Source of the DNA: Dehalococcoidales bacterium
GTDB lineage: Bacteria; Chloroflexota; Dehalococcoidia; Dehalococcoidales; BS750m-G39
Direction of reading: 5' to 3'
DNA: 55,996 nt
Assembly (NCBI GenBank): GCA_023129255.1
Contig: JAGMCH010000044.1
Span: 1-55,996 of the forward strand
The notes under the pieces were generated by a model. The model saw only the letters and a list, made by a program, of their open reading frames with translations, was not told the origin of the DNA and did not search any database. This document shows positions 52,305 through 55,996 of this stretch, piece after piece (positions within the stretch are counted from its first letter, which is position 1; the number at the start of each line of letters is the position of its first letter). Made by a program: the position numbers and the translations under genes.

Positions 52305-52910
52305 TTAGCCTTCCATGGCTCGGGTAAAGATTCCCAGGAACTGGTGTAGTATCCTGGCGGTTGCCCCCCAGATTATCTTCCCCTGATAGTGATAAAAGTA
52401 TGAGGTAACTGCCCGACCGCCGATAATCTCAGTCTCCTGACGCCGAGAGTCCTTATCCATCAGCGCCGAAATCGGGACTTCAATAATCTCCTCAGTCTCC
52501 CACCCATCCACCTTGAACTGATAGGGCCAGGGGATAAGACCGACAAAGGGAGAGATAACATAATTGGAAGTGGCGGTGAGGGTATCGTCCAACTCCCCCA
52601 ATACCTCAACCTCACTAGGGGCTAAGCCTATTTCTTCAGCAGACTCACGCAGGGCGGTATCCAGCAGCGTCTTATCCCCCTCCTGGCGGGCTCCACCGGG
52701 AAAGGATATCTGCCCCTTATGCTCCTTCACCCGCTCTGTCCGCTGAGTAAACAGGACGCAATACTGCCCATCCCGGCGGTAGATAGGCACCAGCACCGCC
52801 GACGGCACCAGCCCGGCGTCAGTGATACGCTGTTTCTGTCTACGGGAAAGGGCTTGCTTAAGCCTTGGCTCCATAGCCCTCATAATAACACCGCCCCGTA
52901 GCCAAGACAA
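52305..52910 (-). CDS. CoA pyrophosphatase-type NUDIX hydrolase
   Basis: Nudix box FPGGARQEGDKTLLDTALRESAEEIGL, preceded by the RT.....H.GQISFPGG motif typical of NudL-like enzymes. The start may be an internal Met (MRAMEP). Confidence 0.75.
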   Translation of the reverse strand: MSWLRGGVIMRAMEPRLKQALSRRQKQRITDAGLVPSAVLVPIYRRDGQYCVLFTQRTERVKEHKGQISFPGGARQEGDKTLLDTALRESAEEIGLAPSEVEVLGELDDTLTATSNYVISPFVGLIPWPYQFKVDGWETEEIIEVPISALMDKDSRRQETEIIGGRAVTSYFYHYQGKIIWGATARILHQFLGIFTRAMEG

Positions 52911-52911
52911 A

Positions 52912-53050
52912 TTGACCCCACACCCTCCCTGTTTTTAGTCGTCTTTTTCCCCTACCCACCCACCCTCAAAGGCTTTGCCCCTAAATTCCTATCTTTATTG
53001 GGTGAAGAGGGGCACCAGCCCCTATAGGGCGGGAGGGTGGGAAGGGGTTA
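52912..53050 (-). repeat. complete G-type repeat unit, inverted relative to 46793..46907, with a reverse tail
   Basis: ttgaccccacaccctccctgtttttag...tttttCCCCTACCCACCCACCCtcaaaggctttgcccc...gaagaggggcaccagcccctataGGGCGGGAGGGTGGGaagg. Confidence 0.85.
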
Positions 53051-53075
53051 ATAAACAATTCGTGCCAACACAGAC

Positions 53076-53104
53076 TTGACAATTAATATCTGCTTCATTA
53101 TAAT
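53076..53104 (+). promoter_or_regulatory. consensus sigma70 promoter (TTGACA-17-TATAAT) upstream of pyrG
   Basis: ttgaca at 53076..53081, a 17-nt spacer, and tataat at 53099..53104. The pyrG ATG lies about 92 nt downstream. Confidence 0.6.
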
Positions 53105-53196
53105 ACTTAATAATACTTTAAAACCTACTCCCCACCCTCAATAAACCTAATGCAAGTTTGCTTCTGGATTGAATCCTTAGAGTTTGGTTTTCCCAG

Positions 53197-54837
53197 ATGT
53201 CAAAGTATATCTTTGTTACTGGTGGTGTAGTTAGTTCAGTTGGCAAAGGCATCACCGTCGCTTCTATCGGCACCATTCTGAAGAGTCGCCAAATCGCTGT
53301 GTCGGTGCAAAAGCTGGACCCTTATCTCAATGTTGACCCAGGGACGATGTCTCCCTACCAGCATGGCGAGGTATTTGTCACTCAGGATGGAGCTGAGACT
53401 GACCTTGATTTGGGCAATTACGAGCGCTTCATTGATGTCGAGCTTACCGCTGAGTCCAGCGTTACCTCAGGTCAAATCTATAGCGCAGTTATCACCAAGG
53501 AGAGACGGGGCGATTTCCTGGGAGGAACCATCCAGGTGGTGCCCCATGTTACCACCGAGATAAAGGAGCGCTTCAGGCAATTAGCCCAGAAATCAAAGGC
53601 TGAGGTGGTTATTATAGAAGTAGGCGGCACAGTGGGTGATATTGAAGGACAGCCCTTCCTGGAAGCCATCAGACAGATGCGAAACGATGTGGGACGGGAT
53701 AATGTGCTCTATGTCCATGTTACCCTTCTCCCCTATCTCAATTCTACCCAGGAGGTAAAGACCAAGCCCACTCAGCACAGCGTTAATGAGCTACGCCGTA
53801 TAGGTATCCAGCCTGATATTATCGTCTGCCGCAGTGATTACCCCATCTCGGAAGAGATAAGGGATAAAATATCCCTGTTCTGCGATGTGGAACGACAGGC
53901 GGTCATCCCCCTGCCCACGGTGTCTACTATCTATGAGGTGCCGCTCGTCCTGGAGGAGGAAGGATTGGGGCAACTAATTGTGGGCAAGCTGGGACTTAAC
54001 CCTCGCCAAACGGACCTGAGCCAGTGGCAGGAACTGGTCAACCTTATCAAAACACCCCGTGAGCTGGTTAATATCGCTCTGGTGGGGGAATACGTAGAAT
54101 TGAAGGATGCTTACTTCTCAGTTCGGGAGGCACTACAACACGCCGCCCTATATCATGGAAGAGATATTGAGCTTACCTGGGTTCCAGAGGAGGCTCTGGA
54201 GGCTGATGGGGGCGATTCTGTGTTGCGCTCAGCCCAGGGCATCATAGTCACTGGCGGCTTAGGCGTTAAAAGGATAGAGGGCATGATAAAGGCAGCAACT
54301 TATGCCCGGGAGAACGAGGTCCCCTACCTGGGGCTGTGCCTGGGAATGCATGCCATGGCAATTGAGTTTGCCCGCCATGTCCTGGGCTCAGCCGAGCCCA
54401 ACTCCACCGAGTTTGATGCCTCTACTCGCTATCCGGTCATCGACCTCCTCCCCGAACAGAAGGACAAGAAGAACAAAGGAGGCACTATGCGCCTGGGTAA
54501 CTACCCCTGTCAATTGGTTGATGGCAGCCATGCTGCCAGTGCCTATGGGCAGAATCTGGTCTATGAGCGCCATAGACATCGCTACGAATTTAATAATCAA
54601 TACCGCGAGCAGCTAGAGAAGGCAGGAATGGTTTATAGCGGGCTATCCCCCGACGAGCGGCTGGTTGAAGTCTGCGAGCTAGCCGACCACCCGTGGATGG
54701 TGAGCTGCCAGTTCCACCCTGAATTTGGCTCCCGCCCCGGCCGCCCCCATCCCCTGTTCCGCGATTTTATCGGCGCCGCCAAGGACGTATTACGGGAGGG
54801 GGCACAACCGCCCCTCCCCTTATCATCTCAATCTTAG
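53197..54837 (+). CDS. pyrG: CTP synthase
   Basis: [19 protein letters not shown]-terminus, and the glutaminase domain with the GLCLGMH nucleophile motif and HPEF. Confidence 0.95.
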   Translation: MSKYIFVTGGVVSSVGKGITVASIGTILKSRQIAVSVQKLDPYLNVDPGTMSPYQHGEVFVTQDGAETDLDLGNYERFIDVELTAESSVTSGQIYSAVITKERRGDFLGGTIQVVPHVTTEIKERFRQLAQKSKAEVVIIEVGGTVGDIEGQPFLEAIRQMRNDVGRDNVLYVHVTLLPYLNSTQEVKTKPTQHSVNELRRIGIQPDIIVCRSDYPISEEIRDKISLFCDVERQAVIPLPTVSTIYEVPLVLEEEGLGQLIVGKLGLNPRQTDLSQWQELVNLIKTPRELVNIALVGEYVELKDAYFSVREALQHAALYHGRDIELTWVPEEALEADGGDSVLRSAQGIIVTGGLGVKRIEGMIKAATYARENEVPYLGLCLGMHAMAIEFARHVLGSAEPNSTEFDASTRYPVIDLLPEQKDKKNKGGTMRLGNYPCQLVDGSHAASAYGQNLVYERHRHRYEFNNQYREQLEKAGMVYSGLSPDERLVEVCELADHPWMVSCQFHPEFGSRPGRPHPLFRDFIGAAKDVLREGAQPPLPLSSQS

Positions 54838-54846
54838 AGGTTAGAA

Positions 54847-55497
54847 ATGCAAATCTTTCTGGATACAGCCAATATTGACCAAATCAGGCAAGCCGCCAAG
54901 CTGGGCATCATCAGCGGCGTTACCACCAACCCCAGCCTGGTGTCCAAAGAGGGCACGGCTGACTATGAGGCGGTGGTCAAGGAAATCTGCTCTATTATCC
55001 CCGGACCTATCTCAGTTGAGGTGCTGGTTGAAGGGACTCAAGCCATGACCCAGCAGGCAAAGCTCATCTCTTCCTGGGCACCCAATATCGTGGTTAAAAT
55101 CCCAGCCACCAGCGACGGTCTGGAGGCGACATCAGCCCTGGCCAGGGAGAAGATAAAGGTGAACTTTACCCTGTGCTTCTCGCTAAATCAAGCCCTCCTC
55201 GGCGCCCTGGCTGGCGCCACCTATGTCAGCCTCTTTGTCGGCAGACTGGATGATGCCGGCCACAACGGTATGGAGGTGGTCAAGGATATTGTTGATGTCT
55301 TTGCTCATTACCAGCTAGCCACCCAGGTGATTGCCGCCAGCATTCGTCATCCCCAGCACTGTGTGGCTGCGGCTAAGGCAGGGGCTCACATTGCCACCGT
55401 TCCCTATAAGGTTCTGATGCAGATGATTCAACACCCGCTTACTGATGTCGGTGTCACCCGCTTCCTCGGCGACTGGCAACGCATCTCAAAGCAATAA
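54847..55497 (+). CDS. transaldolase / fructose-6-phosphate aldolase (short type 3B)
   Basis: MQIFLDTANIDQI, GVTTNPSL and VVKIPAT (Schiff-base Lys) motifs. 216 aa. Confidence 0.9.
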   Translation: MQIFLDTANIDQIRQAAKLGIISGVTTNPSLVSKEGTADYEAVVKEICSIIPGPISVEVLVEGTQAMTQQAKLISSWAPNIVVKIPATSDGLEATSALAREKIKVNFTLCFSLNQALLGALAGATYVSLFVGRLDDAGHNGMEVVKDIVDVFAHYQLATQVIAASIRHPQHCVAAAKAGAHIATVPYKVLMQMIQHPLTDVGVTRFLGDWQRISKQ

Positions 55498-55528
55498 GAC
55501 AAATAACCATAGAAGGTGAGGCTATACT

Positions 55529-55996
55529 ATGAATATCAGCGACTTAGAAAACAAAAGCAGAGAGGAGCTAATTGAGCTAGCCAAGGAGATGGGCATCTCC
55601 AGCTATACTAACCTCAAGAAGCAAGACCTGGTCATGCGCCTGCTCCAGGCAAATGCTGAGCAACAGGGCTACAGCTTCGCCGGCGGCATCCTTGAGGTTA
55701 TCGGAGAGGGCTATGGATTCCTAAGGCAAAACAGCCTGCTGCCCAGCTCGGCTGATGTCTATGTCTCCCAGTCTCAAATCCGCCGCTTTGGTCTGCGCAC
55801 TGGTGATGTGGTTGCCGGTCAGGTCAGACCACCCAAAAATAGCGAGAAATACTACGGCCTGGTCAGGGTTGAGACAATTAACGACATGAACCCCGAGCTA
55901 GTCAAGAAGCGCGTCCCCTTCGGCTCACTCACCCCCACCTTCCCCGATAAATTAATCGACCTGGAGACCAGACCCGATGACCTGTCCACCCGACTT
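55529..55996 (+). CDS. rho: transcription termination factor Rho, N-terminal part (3' end outside window)
   Basis: The ATG at 55529 is preceded by GAAGGTGAGG. MNISDLENKSREELIELAKEMGI, the GYGFLR RNA-binding motif and YVSQSQIRRFGLRTGD are present. The frame is open to the window end. Confidence 0.9.
   Translation, partial: MNISDLENKSREELIELAKEMGISSYTNLKKQDLVMRLLQANAEQQGYSFAGGILEVIGEGYGFLRQNSLLPSSADVYVSQSQIRRFGLRTGDVVAGQVRPPKNSEKYYGLVRVETINDMNPELVKKRVPFGSLTPTFPDKLIDLETRPDDLSTRL

Overview
This 56-kb window is mostly core housekeeping genes. The gene content and order look Chloroflexota / Dehalococcoidia-like, but that is an inference from synteny and no search was run.

Genes, left to right:
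- hisA (partial) and hisI, then DUF1385-rpmE-rpmA-rplU and coaE.
- A CPBP protease plus an EamA transporter.
- A three-gene AmmeMemoRadiSam system, followed by a two-gene restriction-modification cassette.
- rarA, a GYD protein and initiator tRNA-fMet.
- A folP-folK-PTPS operon.
- A carboxyltransferase / 5S-biotin carrier pair.
- A TCA-branch cluster: LeuCD-type dehydratase, icd, mdh and a split class-I fumarase.
- HIT, Nudix, GNAT and nadK.
- An 11-subunit nuoABCDHIJKLMN operon without nuoEFG.
- rsmD-coaD, cvpA, proC, an orphan radical SAM gene, leuS and tRNA-Ala.
- A cbpA-hspR-clpC heat-shock operon.
- A CoA-type Nudix gene, pyrG, a transaldolase and the start of rho.

Observations worth a second look:
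1. The R-M cassette (a SPPY methyltransferase plus a small PvuII-like endonuclease) sits in the 3' end of the AMMECR1-family gene. It is bracketed by a 48-bp direct repeat whose three differences are all synonymous.
2. A 0.65-kb islet is bracketed by a duplicated 3' half of tRNA-fMet.
3. Almost every intergenic gap longer than about 80 bp holds copies of a modular GC-rich repeat family. Its modules are terminator-like hairpins, a perfect 10-bp-stem hairpin, an SD-like tail, and about 100-nt units bounded by inverted GGGTGGGAGGGTGGG (G-quadruplex type) arms.
4. The nuo operon is interrupted by an HNH endonuclease gene, a DUF2007-like gene, a 48-aa membrane ORF and these repeats.
5. rplU and mdh have no canonical start codon. 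ATT and ATA starts are implied by conserved N-termini.

All coordinates and identities were read by eye. No database search or folding was run.
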